A stretch of DNA of 59,594 nt, counting the filler. It is 9 parts of 9 records of this genome, joined end to end, with 100 filler letters (N's around TTAATTAATTAA, not from the genome) between each part and the next. Parts side by side here need not be neighbours in the genome. Positions count along the whole stretch, not along the records: positions 1 to 7,077 come from SRR31147125_289036; positions 7,178 to 12,308 come from SRR31147125_289349; 7 more parts are not named here. The stretch is one strand, 5' to 3'. The notes below the pieces were generated by a model. That model saw only the letters and a program-made list of their open reading frames with translations. It did no database searches and had not been told where the DNA came from. Positions 1 through 10,621 of the stretch are shown here, one piece after another; position 1 is the stretch's first letter; the number at the start of each line of letters is the position of its first letter. Both the position numbers and the translations under genes were made by a program.

Positions 1-513
1 CATCTGCGCCTCCGGCAGGGGATAGGTTCCTTCCATTTCCAGGGGATTCTGGGTCGCCAGGACAATAAAAGGCTCTTCCAGGACGTGGCGGGTTCCGCCG
101 ATGGTGATGGCTTTCTCCTGCATGGCCTCCAGCAGGGCCGACTGGGTTTTCGGTGTCGCCCGGTTGATCTCATCCGCCAGGATGACCGACGAGAACAGAG
201 GTCCCTTGCGGAACCGGACGTCGCTGTGCCCCTCGTCATCCCGTACCAGTACGTCTGTTCCAAGAATGTCGGCGGGCATGAGGTCGGGCGTGAACTGAAT
301 CCGTGAGGTCGGCAGGTCGAGGGCAGCCGCGAGAGTGCGGATCAGGGATGTTTTTCCCAGCCCGGGCACCCCTTCCAGCAGGGCATGTCCTCCGGCGAAG
401 AGACATCCGAGCACCTGGTCGATCACTGTTTCCTGTCCGACCATCACTTTCCGGATCTCCTCCTTGAGTCCGGAGGCTCCGGCTACCAGCCGGCGAAAAT
501 CTCCATCATTCAT
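1..513 (-). CDS. moxR: MoxR-family AAA+ ATPase (3' truncated at window edge)
   Basis: Manual translation, not in the ORF track: [11 protein letters not shown]...[14 protein letters not shown] (Walker A)...[15 protein letters not shown]...[22 protein letters not shown] (Walker B)...[19 protein letters not shown]. Starts 4 nt after the upstream TAG. Confidence 0.95.
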   Translation of the reverse strand, partial: MNDGDFRRLVAGASGLKEEIRKVMVGQETVIDQVLGCLFAGGHALLEGVPGLGKTSLIRTLAAALDLPTSRIQFTPDLMPADILGTDVLVRDDEGHSDVRFRKGPLFSSVILADEINRATPKTQSALLEAMQEKAITIGGTRHVLEEPFIVLATQNPLEMEGTYPLPEAQM

Positions 514-516
514 CTG

Positions 517-2038
517 CTACTCCTCCCGGGTTGTTCCCGAGTGTTGATTATCTGGTTCGTTTTCGGCGTCTCCGCCGGTATTTGGTATGTCAGGTCCCTC
601 TTCGAGGGCGAGAAAGTACTCTCTGACGTAGTCGCGCACCCCCGGAGGAATATCGTCCCGGCCAATCACCGACTCCACGTCGGTATCCCAGGTCGGCAGG
701 CTTCCGACATCACCGGAATCCGTCGTATCCCCGGCCTCGCCGTAGGCGCGAATCACGGTTTTCCAGCTGTCTTCGCCACCACTCGGTGAAGGCAGACGAA
801 GTGGATTCTCCTCGCTGTCGGTGGCAACGGGCGGGAGCTCTCCCGCAGAATCGTCCGTGACGGCGGAATCACCGCGGCCGGAACCTCCCGAGCTGCCGGT
901 TCCAACTTCAGTGTCATCCGAACTCCGGGCGGCGCCGCCGCTGGACGCTTCGCCTGCGGGAGCCGGCTGGGCGTTCTCCAACGCCTCAGAACGATCGCCT
1001 TCCGCGCCTTCCTTATTATCCGCCCGATCGGTGATCCGGGCCCGGGCTGTTTCCTCTTCCGCCCGTTCTAACTGTTTCCTGAGCGGATCGTCGTCGTTCA
1101 GTGCACGGTCCAGGGCGTCGGTGAGGTTTTCGGTCAGTTCCGGCCGGCCGCGGCCGTTCTCGTCCCGCATACTCGGATCGGACAGAAGCCGTTCGAGCAT
1201 CTCCCGCTCTTCGGAGCTCAGAATAGTGCTGCCGGCCACCGCATCACCGAGTTCCGACAGGACGTCCGCCGGCATTCTCTTCTTCCCGACCCGGAAGGCT
1301 TCGGCGCTCTTTCTGTCGAGTTCCAGATCGTCCACAAGTGATTCGGCCAAGGTGTCCCGCTTGAGGTCTTCCTGCCGTTCCTCGATTTCTTCTTCCATTT
1401 CCCTGAGGGCTCGTTCGGCGCGGCCGGCGCCCAGTTCACCCGAAGCCATCCGCCGTCCTAGGCGGCTCATCCTCTCAGCCATATCACGGCTCTCGGCATC
1501 TTCGGGCATCTCTTCCGCCCAGGCCTCGGCAAAGGCCTCAAGTTCGTTCCCGCGGATCGCGGTCTCCCGGTCGGGTTCAAAAAAGGCCCGCGCCGGCCAC
1601 CATCAGGATGAGCCAGACGAAGACGGAGACCAGTGCCGCCAGCGACGAAACGGGTCCGGCGGCCGGAATCGGCGGCCGGGATCGTCCGACGGGAAGAAGT
1701 CTCTCTCCGGTTCCGGCGATCGCTTCGGACAGAGGGCCGGCTGATTCCCGGTGTTCCCAGGCGGCCTGCAGCTCCTGCCGGCCTTCCCTTTTCCTGTCGA
1801 GCCAGGAGAGCGCCGATGCGACATCCCGGTGACGGAGAACGACAAGCAACCCGGCCGTGAGGGTAGGAACCATTAGGACCGGCAGCGACAACCAGGGGCT
1901 GAAGCCGCCCCGGATGGAAAACAGGAAGGCAAATACGGCCATAACCACGCCGCCGGGCAGCCAGCGCACAGCCTCCGCGAAAAAACTGCCGAACAGGAAA
2001 CGGTTCCTGTAGGTCTGAGCCCGGGCGGCGAAACTCAC
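517..2038 (-). CDS. Membrane-anchored coiled-coil/low-complexity protein of the MoxR operon; split by one extra base in the A6 run at 1579-1584
   Basis: ORFs 1577..2038 (TM helices) and 517..1509 join as ...GAGLFEPDRETAIRGNELEAFAEAWAEEMPEDAE... if one A is removed. The C-terminal IPPGVRDYVREYFLAL motif is typical of MoxR/vWA-locus proteins. Confidence 0.7.
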
Positions 2039-2780
2039 GGTTTCCTCCCGGCTTTCTCGACCTTCTCGGCCCCCCGAGCCGGAATAGGGCGATTACGGCC
2101 CCGGCGGCCGCGACAAGGGTCAGTAGCCCAGAAGATTTCAGGATCGTCAAAGAACCCGTGACGGCCGGTTCCGCCAGGATCATCATCGCCGCCAGCGGAC
2201 TCCAGTCCCGAACGGTCGAGAAGGTGACAACAAGGTAGGTGGTGAACAGCAGGAAGAAAGCCAGGAAGACAACCGAAGGATTGAACTTCACGGTACTCCG
2301 CGACGACTCAGCGGCGAATCTCATGGAAACCGAGAAGAACCAGATGTACGCCGCCAGCAGCAGAATGTCGGAAACGGAAGCCCGGGACGGTACCGCGGCA
2401 ACGGCCAGGAAAGGAAGTGCCAGAACAGTGAGCAGGAGGGCGTGGACAAGGTGGAACAGAAGGCGGCCGGCCAGAAACGATGCGGCTTTCACCGGCGTAT
2501 ACCGGTACCAGTGGATGAAGGCATGTCCGGGATGGGCCGGTACATGGTCCAGGGTGAAGGCCCCGGAAAGAAGGGCCAGACCCGTTCCGAGGGTGACACC
2601 CATCTGGGTGAGGGTGCCTGGTCCTTTGCCGTCGGCCAGATAAGCGTAAAGGTCTTCGGACGGCCAGAATAGGAGGATCAGAACCGGGCCCAGGGCGAGG
2701 AGCGCACAGTGCCAGAACACCGCCCGCCGGTCGGTGAATACGGTGGTCAGCTCGGAGACCATCACAGCCGAGGAAGTCAT
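2035..2780 (-). CDS. Multi-pass membrane protein, ABC-2 permease-like; true stop probably at 2035 after restoring a base in C6 at 2070-2075
   Basis: About 6 hydrophobic segments in ORF 1467..2780. Adding one G gives ...LGGAEKVEKAGRKP* with a GTGA overlap onto the next start codon. Confidence 0.65.
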
Positions 2781-4465
2781 TCAGGGCCTCCCAGGTGGAG
2801 CAGCAGGTTCATGGTTCCGTCGGAATCCGAACCGCCGTAAGCCAGTATAACATCATCGGCCTCGGGCAAGACGGCCACCTGACGGACCAGATCCCGATAA
2901 GGTATACCAGCGGTCGGAACCCCGGCATTGAAGCCGGAAACCTGATCAAAGTACACAGGAGCCTGTTCCGAATCAGACGAAAGGTCGCCGTCATTCCACT
3001 CGGAAGCCAGCAGCACGGCCCTTCCTCCTGAAATCCGGACAACATCCTTCCATAGGGTTCCGTCCGGATGCCGCAGTCCCGTTCGCGACGGGGAAACTCT
3101 CACCTCGGCCTGATGGCTGAGCGTCTCGAGCGACAGGTCGGTCCCCCGCCAGGGCTGCACCTCAATTTTCTCCAGTAACAGCCCCCGGTCGGTGTGGACC
3201 ATGCTGGTATTCTTCCAGGTTGCCGGAACCGGCAGCTGACCGTCGGACAGCAGGATATCTATATCGCTCCCGGCCGAAGAATGGAGCAGCAGCTCCTCCC
3301 GGAGGAAAACAGGACCGCTGTTACCGGTAACCACCAGATTCAACCGGTGGATTTCAGGCTCATCATGGGATGACGACGGCAGCAGGAAGATGACTGCGGT
3401 GCTCAGGACGGCTACCGCGGCCAGAGCGGCTATCTGCAGCCAGCGTCCCCTGGTACCGGTGAGTCTTTTCCCGACGAAGAGAAGTGCCGTGCAGATCAGC
3501 GAAAAAGCGAGAGGAAGGGCAATGTGCGACGCCGACGATCCGGCGATGGCGGTATCGGATGAGAATGCAGCCCGCCGAAGCTGACGAACAGCCGAATCAA
3601 CGGCGGTGGAAAGCGCCGAGCCCTCACCAAACAGGCCGGTGGCATAAAGCTCCCGCACGATGGCCGGGGCCTGCTGACTGCCCGCCGCGGACAGGCCGGG
3701 AGACAGGAACAGAACCGTGCCGCGGCCGAAGGTGATCCGGCCATGCTCACCACGGTCTCCGAGGTCGCCGAAAGCATCCGGCAGCAGCCGGCCCACATTC
3801 CAGGGACCTTCGAAAACCGCCAACAGCCCACCGGAGGATACCCAGCCGGCCAGTGCTTCGGCGGCTTCGGGATCGAGTTCTTCCGGGGACAGGTTGTGCC
3901 AGAGAACGAGATCTGCACCATCCCAGCCCCGGGAATCGACCGGAAGGAAATCAACCCTGGGGTAACGAAGCTCCAGCCTGTCACCCGACAGCTCGGCCAG
4001 AGGCGTAATCAAGGCATCCAGACTGGGCCGGCGGGAGAGACCGACGACGATCGGTCCCCGGGCGACCATCGACCGTAGTTCCACTTCTTTTCGGACAACA
4101 AGAACCCCGTTTCGCTCGACGCGGACCGTCAGGGGATAGGTTCCGGCTTTCACAGGGAGGGTGAACCGGTAAACTCCGGAAAATCCGGCAGGCAGGCTCA
4201 CTGGACGTCGAATCCGGTAGGAGCTGGTTTTCTCCAGTGCGGTGCCGCCGTGGTATTCGACGATCAGCTCCCCGTCCATCGGCGAATCGGGACTGCGGAG
4301 TGCCACCCCAAGGCTGGCCATCGCATTCTGGCGGAACAGATTGTCGAACCCGACGGAGACATCAAGTTCGGGAGCCTCGGACCGGAGAGCGGTGGAGGAA
4401 AGGAGGAGCAAAACTGCGGCGATCGTTGTCCGGAGCCAGGGCCGAACGGTCCTAAGCGGGGTCAT
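2777..4465 (-). CDS. Exported/membrane hypothetical protein with a glutamine-amidotransferase-like middle domain (MoxR operon)
   Basis: 562 aa, signal peptide, GWDGADLVLW...LAGWVSSGGLLAV segment, two late TM helices, ATGA overlap with the next gene. Confidence 0.7.
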   Translation of the reverse strand: MTPLRTVRPWLRTTIAAVLLLLSSTALRSEAPELDVSVGFDNLFRQNAMASLGVALRSPDSPMDGELIVEYHGGTALEKTSSYRIRRPVSLPAGFSGVYRFTLPVKAGTYPLTVRVERNGVLVVRKEVELRSMVARGPIVVGLSRRPSLDALITPLAELSGDRLELRYPRVDFLPVDSRGWDGADLVLWHNLSPEELDPEAAEALAGWVSSGGLLAVFEGPWNVGRLLPDAFGDLGDRGEHGRITFGRGTVLFLSPGLSAAGSQQAPAIVRELYATGLFGEGSALSTAVDSAVRQLRRAAFSSDTAIAGSSASHIALPLAFSLICTALLFVGKRLTGTRGRWLQIAALAAVAVLSTAVIFLLPSSSHDEPEIHRLNLVVTGNSGPVFLREELLLHSSAGSDIDILLSDGQLPVPATWKNTSMVHTDRGLLLEKIEVQPWRGTDLSLETLSHQAEVRVSPSRTGLRHPDGTLWKDVVRISGGRAVLLASEWNDGDLSSDSEQAPVYFDQVSGFNAGVPTAGIPYRDLVRQVAVLPEADDVILAYGGSDSDGTMNLLLHLGGPE

Positions 4466-4542
4466 TAGTTTACTCTACGTTGACAGATACGGGTGCGCAA
4501 GTCTTGAATTGACGCTACCAGTGTGACGAAAATGAACGAACC

Positions 4543-5061
4543 ATGGTGTTCGAGGACCTCATTACACCCTACGGCATTCTCCGCCCTCTGTGTCCGAAGG
4601 ATTTCGCCGAGCTGCGGTTGAGTCTGTCGACCTTCGAGGAGTCCTGCGGACTGATTCTCGCACCGTACCTTCTCGACACTCTCTTCCTCGACCGCCTGAA
4701 AGACCTCTCGGAACAGGAGAACGACTCCCAATGGAGCTTCCTGTGGGCCCTTGTCCATGACGACGAGACGATTGTCGGATTCATGGACATCTCTGATACC
4801 GGCGGCAGCCCGGGAACTTTCACCCTGCACTGGACAATCAACCCGGAGTGGATTTCCTCCCAGTTCGCCTGTGAGGCTCTGAAAGTCCTGGTGGACAAAG
4901 CTTTCGAAGCCGAGGAATGCCGGGCTGTCAGGAGCGCCCGAATCTTCCGGTCATCGCCGGAAATGGACGGCCACTTCCTTCGCCTGGGTTTCAGAAAGGA
5001 AAGAGACGGCGAACAACCGGAATATCGACTGTCCAAGGCAGTGGAAGGTCGGTTATTGTAA
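4543..5061 (+). CDS. GNAT-family (RimJ/RimL-like) acetyltransferase
   Basis: LRPL N-terminus, IVGFMDI strand, WTINPEW, ACEALKVLVDKAF, FLRLGFRKE. Confidence 0.7.
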   Translation: MVFEDLITPYGILRPLCPKDFAELRLSLSTFEESCGLILAPYLLDTLFLDRLKDLSEQENDSQWSFLWALVHDDETIVGFMDISDTGGSPGTFTLHWTINPEWISSQFACEALKVLVDKAFEAEECRAVRSARIFRSSPEMDGHFLRLGFRKERDGEQPEYRLSKAVEGRLL

Positions 5062-5064
5062 GGT

Positions 5065-5655
5065 ATGAACCTATCCGCAGCACTGGGCGCTTACGGTTGG
5101 GCCGTTATTCCCATCGGACTGTTCCTGGGACTTCTCGGTTACCGCCTCTACAAGATCTCGCTGTTCGTCATCGGCATTTTCTTCGGCCTCGCCCTCGGTT
5201 CCTGGATCGGCGGACAGGTCGATAACCAACAGTTGGGACTGGTACTGGGTATCGTTCTCGGACTTGCCCTGGGCGTGGCCACCCATTTCCTGATCCGCTT
5301 CAGCCTGTTCCTGGCGGGAATGGCCGGCGGCGTGATCCTGGCATCCTATATTCTGCCAATGATACCGGCCGTGATTCCCGGTACGACAGAAGCCCTGCTC
5401 TGGACCCTCGGCGGTGCTGTTCTCGCCGGACTCGTCACCCTCGCCCTGTACAAGTACCTGATCCTGTTCGCCACGTCTCTGGTGGGAACCTGGCTGATTT
5501 ACGAAGGAACCGCCTTCCGTTTCCCTGAGGAAACGGCGGGCTGGTCCTGGATACTCTACGTGATTCTTCTGGCGATATTCGTCATCGTCCAGGCGAAAGG
5601 ACGGAAGAATCAGCCGGATCCTGTGGAACGGGAAAAAGAGAAAAGACGGCGATAG
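5065..5655 (+). CDS. DUF4203/TMEM198-like membrane protein
   Basis: GLFLGLLGYRLYK, Gly-rich TM helices, ATSLVG motif. Confidence 0.75.
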   Translation: MNLSAALGAYGWAVIPIGLFLGLLGYRLYKISLFVIGIFFGLALGSWIGGQVDNQQLGLVLGIVLGLALGVATHFLIRFSLFLAGMAGGVILASYILPMIPAVIPGTTEALLWTLGGAVLAGLVTLALYKYLILFATSLVGTWLIYEGTAFRFPEETAGWSWILYVILLAIFVIVQAKGRKNQPDPVEREKEKRRR

Positions 5656-5716
5656 TTTTCGTTTCTACGGAACCCGGAGCCTGTCAGTGTCGTCCAACAG
5701 GTGCAAGGAGCAAGAT

Positions 5717-6199
5717 ATGAAACGATTTTTCCTGACAGCGACAGTACTCCTCCTGGCCCTGGCATCCCTGCCTGCCCAGGAAATTGATCTGCAGATGGCG
5801 GTGGCCTCACAGGCCCTCAACGATGATGCACTGAGCAGGCTCGGAGTATCGGCGGAGGACAGCACGGCCATCCTCGAACTCCAGGCCGAATCCCGGGACC
5901 TCAAAGAAGCCTCGGCAATCGAATTGAACGTCGTCAAAGCACAGCTGGCCCAGGCGCTGTACTACCCGGACGCCGATATCCGTGAGGTTGAAAAGCTCCT
6001 CGAGCAGGCGGCGGAGATCCGGCTGGACCAGGAAAAGGCCCAGCTGCGCACCTATATCCGGGTCCGGGAACTCCTGGGAGAAGAAACCTGGGAACAGCTC
6101 ATGCGCCTGATAAAAGCACAGGCCCGGGCGCGGCAGGATGAAAATGCCAGGACAGCGAACCAGAACCGCAGCCAGCCGGGCGCCGCCAACCAGCGTTGA
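5717..6199 (+). CDS. Periplasmic Spy/CpxP-like helical protein
   Basis: Signal peptide MKRFFLTATVLLLALASLPA, SD AAGGAG, all-helical, VRELLGEETWEQL (LTxxQ-like). Confidence 0.65.
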   Translation: MKRFFLTATVLLLALASLPAQEIDLQMAVASQALNDDALSRLGVSAEDSTAILELQAESRDLKEASAIELNVVKAQLAQALYYPDADIREVEKLLEQAAEIRLDQEKAQLRTYIRVRELLGEETWEQLMRLIKAQARARQDENARTANQNRSQPGAANQR

Positions 6200-6747
6200 A
6201 CGATGAAGATCTGATCCGGCGTTTCGTCACTGAAGGCGACGACGGCGCGTTCGAAACCCTGATTCGACGGCGCCTTCCGTCGCTGCGCCGGATTGTCGCT
6301 GCTGCCGGACCGCGGGGAGCGGCCGACAGGGATGATGTCCTTCAGGAGGTGCTGATCCGCCTGCACAAGGCGTTGGCCGGGTATCGTTTCGACGCCCCGC
6401 TGAGTACCTGGATATTCCGGATCGCCCGGAACGCGGCACTGGATGAAGAAAAGAAACGCCGACGCGCCAGGGCCAGGGAACTGCGGGCCGGTGCCGGTGA
6501 CGCGGATATGAGAGAGCGGATGGCCGACCCGGAAGAGCAGGCCATGGAACTGATGAGAACCCGGGAGCTGAAGGATCTGTTCTACAGACTGACCGAACCG
6601 GACAGGCAGCTGCTGCTCCTGAGGGAGAAGGAAGGTCTGAGCATGGAGGAGATCGGCGCCGTGCTCAATCTGTCGGACGGGACAGTGAAATCCTGGCTGT
6701 CCCGGGCCAGGAAACGGGCCCGCAGGATATATGAGGAAGCATCATGA
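6196..6747 (+). CDS. ECF sigma-70 factor
   Basis: Region 2 (DDVLQEVLIRL, STWIFRIARN) and region 4 (EGLSMEEIGAVLNLSDGTVKSWLSRAR). Confidence 0.92.
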   Translation: MNDEDLIRRFVTEGDDGAFETLIRRRLPSLRRIVAAAGPRGAADRDDVLQEVLIRLHKALAGYRFDAPLSTWIFRIARNAALDEEKKRRRARARELRAGAGDADMRERMADPEEQAMELMRTRELKDLFYRLTEPDRQLLLLREKEGLSMEEIGAVLNLSDGTVKSWLSRARKRARRIYEEAS

Positions 6748-7077
6748 AAGAAGAACAATGGCTGAATGATATGATGGATGCAGCCCTGGAGGATCCCGCC
6801 GCCAGGGTTCGGGAACCGGATTTCAGCTTCCTCGGGCATTCTTCCGGAGCCGGAGAATCGGCGGACGGCCCGTCCATGGCTGACAGGATCCGGTTCGGGC
6901 GGGGCAGCCGACGCTGGCTTGTTCCGGCAGCCGCCGCGATACTGGCGGCAGCTCTGGCCACGCCCCTGGGCATCTATGCGGGTCACCGGTCGGAAGAACG
7001 GCGGATCAACCGGGAAATCCAGGAGATGTTCGTAGACGGCCTGATCGGCGACACTCTCTTCGATGAAGGGCTGGTTT
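6744..7077 (+). CDS. Probable anti-sigma factor (3' truncated)
   Basis: ATGA overlap with the ECF sigma; short cytoplasmic domain followed by one TM helix. Confidence 0.65.
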
Positions 7078-7177
7078 NNNNNNNNNNNNNNNNNNNNNNN
7101 NNNNNNNNNNNNNNNNNNNNNTTAATTAATTAANNNNNNNNNNNNNNNNNNNNNNNNNNNNNNNNNNNNNNNNNNNN
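7078..7177. other. Artificial contig spacer (N44-TTAATTAATTAA-N44); same spacer at 12309-12408, 18731-18830, 24024-24123, 30130-30229, 37333-37432, 44918-45017, 51413-51512
   Basis: Identical 100-nt blocks with stops in all six frames; composition and taxonomy change at each. Confidence 0.99.
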
Positions 7178-7206
7178 CACCTGATCCAGGTGCCGGAGGC
7201 GGCGTC

Positions 7207-8268
7207 ATGACCCGGCTCGACTGGTTTTTCGGCTGGCGGGTTCTGCGGCGCATCTTGTTGGCCATTGTCGTTCTGTTCGGTCTCGTGCTGATGGTCGAAT
7301 CGCTGGACGCCGGACGGTGGGAGATCCTGTCGCAATCCAGCGGATGGCCGGCCGCCCTTCTGGCCATCGTCGCCGCGGCCATGCGCTGGAGCGTGCACAC
7401 GCTGAGCGTCGCCACGCTGATCGGCGCGATCATCGCCCTGGTCGAACTGCAATGGCACCGCGAGCTGGTGGTCGCCAAGGCGTCCGGCCTGTCGGTCTGG
7501 CGGTTGATGCGCGGCCCGATGGTGCTGGTCATGTTGCTCGGCCTGGGCACGACCTTTGGTTTCGACGCGTTCAGCAACATGCTGCACCGGTCGGTCTGGC
7601 CGGGCACGCCGGACCTGAAAATCGCGGCGGGAGGCGATGACATCTGGTTCGAGCAGGAAACGGCGGATGGGCGCTACATCATTCACGCGCAACAACTGGA
7701 CCCGGCCGAGGGGACGATGCGCGATGTCGAAGTCTATCTGGTCAGCGAGGACGGCGGCAGCGCCATAGTCGCGCCCACGGCAACGCTGGAGGATGGCCAG
7801 TGGCGGTTGGAGAACGCGCGCCGGCTCTTGGCCGAAAACCCCAGCAGCGTCCCGGAAACGATCCAGTTGGCGGTTTCCGCATCGGCCGACGATCTTGGCC
7901 TGTTGGTCAGCGCGACCATGGACTTGACGATTTATGAACTGCTCGGCGTTCACAATACGCCGGATACGGTGCTACGTGCGGCGATTGGTACCCGTCTCGG
8001 CAAGCTATTGGCGTTGCCATTTCTGCTGGTTGGGTCATTGTTGATTGCGTTTGCATCGGTGTCCGGGTATCGGCGTACAAACCGTTATGGCGGCACAATT
8101 TTGTATGGTATCGTTGCGGGGTTCACAGTGTTTATGGCAACCGAGATGGCTGAGCGGGCAGGCTCGGCCGGCGTACTGAACCCGGTCGTTGCCGCTGCCG
8201 GACCGTCGCTGCTGGCGATCGTGTTCGGTGCGACGGTGCTGCTAAGGAGAGAAGACGGACGAGCGTGA
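7207..8268 (+). CDS. lptG: LPS export ABC permease LptG
   Basis: LptF/G topology (3 TM, periplasmic jellyroll, 3 TM), ELVVAKASGLSVW motif, upstream of lptD. Confidence 0.88.
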   Translation: MTRLDWFFGWRVLRRILLAIVVLFGLVLMVESLDAGRWEILSQSSGWPAALLAIVAAAMRWSVHTLSVATLIGAIIALVELQWHRELVVAKASGLSVWRLMRGPMVLVMLLGLGTTFGFDAFSNMLHRSVWPGTPDLKIAAGGDDIWFEQETADGRYIIHAQQLDPAEGTMRDVEVYLVSEDGGSAIVAPTATLEDGQWRLENARRLLAENPSSVPETIQLAVSASADDLGLLVSATMDLTIYELLGVHNTPDTVLRAAIGTRLGKLLALPFLLVGSLLIAFASVSGYRRTNRYGGTILYGIVAGFTVFMATEMAERAGSAGVLNPVVAAAGPSLLAIVFGATVLLRREDGRA

Positions 8269-10541
8269 GACGTCGGGGCTTCTTTGCGGAGAGACTGCAC
8301 GGGCTGGGCGCGGCGTTGGCTGCCGCCCTGCTTTCGGTGATTCTGGTTTCGCCAGCGGCCGCGACCCTGTTGCCCGAAGGCTTTTTCGATCAGTTGCCGC
8401 AGGCCGGCCAGGGGCAGGTCGGCATTGAAGCCGACAATCTGTTCTATGACATCGATACCGGGCTGACCGTCGCCGAAGGCGAGGTTCTGGCCAGCTATGC
8501 CGGTTTTCAGGCCAGTGCCGACCGGATGACCTTCGATCAGACGACCAGCGCCCTGACGCTGATCGGCAATGTCGTCGTCCTGGCGCCGGGCGGTGCGGTC
8601 TATCAAGCCAACGAACTGGCGCTGAGTGGCGGGTTCAAGACCGCCATTGTCGATCTTTTAGTGCTGACCACGCCCGACGGGGCACAAATCACCGGCAGCT
8701 CGGCCGATTACGCGGCGCGTTCGCATATCACGGTCACCGACGCCAGCTATGCACCCTGCGGCGATTGTATCGATGCCAAGGGCCGCACCATCGGCTGGCG
8801 GGTGCGCGCCGCGAAAATGACCTACGACTATGACAGCGAAATGGTGACGCTGGAGAACGGGTCGCTGGAGCTGGCCGGGATGCCGGTACTGTGGTTGCCG
8901 GGGGTCGCGTTTCCCGATCCAACCAATCCGCGCGCGACTGGTATCCGGCTGCCGGCGATCGGCTACAGCCAGACGCTGGGCCTGCGCGCGTCCCTGCCCT
9001 ACTTCATCGCTCTGGGGCCTAGCACCGACCTCATCCTGACGCCTGAACTGATTTCCAGCCAAGGGCTCTTGCTTGGCGGAACCCTGACCCACCGGTTCGA
9101 CAATGGTGAGATCGAATTCGACGCCTCCGGCATCTATCAGCTCGATCCGGGCCTGTTCGCCGGTGAGGTCGGCGACCGACGCTGGCGCGGCGCGATCCAG
9201 CTTACCGGTGAGTTCACACCGGTCACGCACTGGACCGCCGGTTGGTCCTATACCGCGTTCAGCGACACGGCCTATCTCAGCGATTATGACTTCACCGACG
9301 GCCCGGTGACCAATGAGGTCTATGTCACGCACCTGAGCGAGAACGCCTATCTCGACGCCCGCGTGCAGGAATTCAGATTGCTGGGCAACCCGGCGGTCGG
9401 GCGCCAGGGTGCCGAAGGCACCGCTTTACCGGTGATTACCGGCGACGTGGTCGTGCCTCTGGGGCGGGATTTCGGCCAAATCCGCCTGTCCGGCGACCTC
9501 CTTGGCGTCCAGCGGCTGGCCGATCATGTCGAGTCGCCCAACGGGGTCGACCATGTGCTCGGCCATCAGGAGAACAAGTATCACGGCACCGTCGAGGCGC
9601 TATGGTCGAAGCGCTGGGTGACGGCGGGTGGTCTGGTCGCAACGCCCTATCTCGGCCTCAGGCTCGATGCGGCCGATTATGACGGGGCCAGCGCCTACGA
9701 TCCGGTTCCCGCCTCGCTGTTGGCGGCCACGCCGATTGCCGCGCTCGACGTGCGCTGGCCGCTCTTGGCGGTAAATGGCGCCGGTGGCGCCCATATCATC
9801 GAGCCGGTGGCGCAGTTGGTCTATCGGGGCAGCGATACCAGTTTGACCGGGATCACCAATGACAATGCGCAAAGCCTGGTATTCGACGACACCAACCTGT
9901 TCAGCTTCGACCGGTTTTCCGGTTCGGACCGGCAGGAAACGGGCCTACGGGCCAATGTCGGTGTGCGCTATAGCGGCAATTTCGCCAATGGCGGGTGGAT
10001 CAACGCGGTGGCCGGGCAGTCCTATCACCTGGCGGGCACCAATGGTTTTGCACTGCCGGACAATGCGCTAACCGGAACCGACAGCGGCCTGGATAATACC
10101 GCCTCATCGATCGTGGTCGGCGCCGAAGCCGGGCTTGGGATGTTGACCGGTGGCGCCAAACTGCAATACGACCCGAATGCGACGCGCGTCGCTCGGGCAT
10201 CGGCCGGGCTCGAAATTGCGTTCGAACGGTTCGATGTCGGCGTCGATTACGCATTTGTCGCCGCCAATACAGGGCTTGGCGTTCTGGCCGACCAGCACGA
10301 CATCATCGCGCGCGCCGGTGTGCCGATCGACGATTATTGGCGCGCCGAAGCCGGCGTCGGCTGGGATCTGGCCGGCAATGAATGGCTGCTCGCGGAAGCC
10401 GGAATCCGGTACGATGACGGGTATCTGGAAGCCGGGCTCGACCTGACCTTTACCGGCCCGACCCACAACACGCCAAACGACCAGCGTGTCGAACTGACGC
10501 TTTCGCTCAAGGGGCCGGATCAGGCCGCAATCTACCAGTAG
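8265..10541 (+). CDS. lptD: LPS-assembly protein LptD
   Basis: N-terminal jellyroll, SYAPCGDC, NDNAQSLVFDDTNLFSFDRFSGSDRQETGLRANVG, barrel C-terminus. Confidence 0.95.
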   Translation: MRRRGFFAERLHGLGAALAAALLSVILVSPAAATLLPEGFFDQLPQAGQGQVGIEADNLFYDIDTGLTVAEGEVLASYAGFQASADRMTFDQTTSALTLIGNVVVLAPGGAVYQANELALSGGFKTAIVDLLVLTTPDGAQITGSSADYAARSHITVTDASYAPCGDCIDAKGRTIGWRVRAAKMTYDYDSEMVTLENGSLELAGMPVLWLPGVAFPDPTNPRATGIRLPAIGYSQTLGLRASLPYFIALGPSTDLILTPELISSQGLLLGGTLTHRFDNGEIEFDASGIYQLDPGLFAGEVGDRRWRGAIQLTGEFTPVTHWTAGWSYTAFSDTAYLSDYDFTDGPVTNEVYVTHLSENAYLDARVQEFRLLGNPAVGRQGAEGTALPVITGDVVVPLGRDFGQIRLSGDLLGVQRLADHVESPNGVDHVLGHQENKYHGTVEALWSKRWVTAGGLVATPYLGLRLDAADYDGASAYDPVPASLLAATPIAALDVRWPLLAVNGAGGAHIIEPVAQLVYRGSDTSLTGITNDNAQSLVFDDTNLFSFDRFSGSDRQETGLRANVGVRYSGNFANGGWINAVAGQSYHLAGTNGFALPDNALTGTDSGLDNTASSIVVGAEAGLGMLTGGAKLQYDPNATRVARASAGLEIAFERFDVGVDYAFVAANTGLGVLADQHDIIARAGVPIDDYWRAEAGVGWDLAGNEWLLAEAGIRYDDGYLEAGLDLTFTGPTHNTPNDQRVELTLSLKGPDQAAIYQ

Positions 10542-10621
10542 GCGCGGTTCCCCAAATTTCGGCCCGATTTGTAGTGCAATGCGCCCAGAGACAACAAGGC
10601 GCCGGCCAAAGGATGCACATC

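Noticed and set aside
1577-1585. CTT TTT TGA as a programmed +1 frameshift (prfB-like shifty stop)
   Set aside because: It is a 6-nt homopolymer in data with many homopolymer indels, and there is no internal SD just upstream. Sequencing error is simpler; only reads or orthologs could rescue it.
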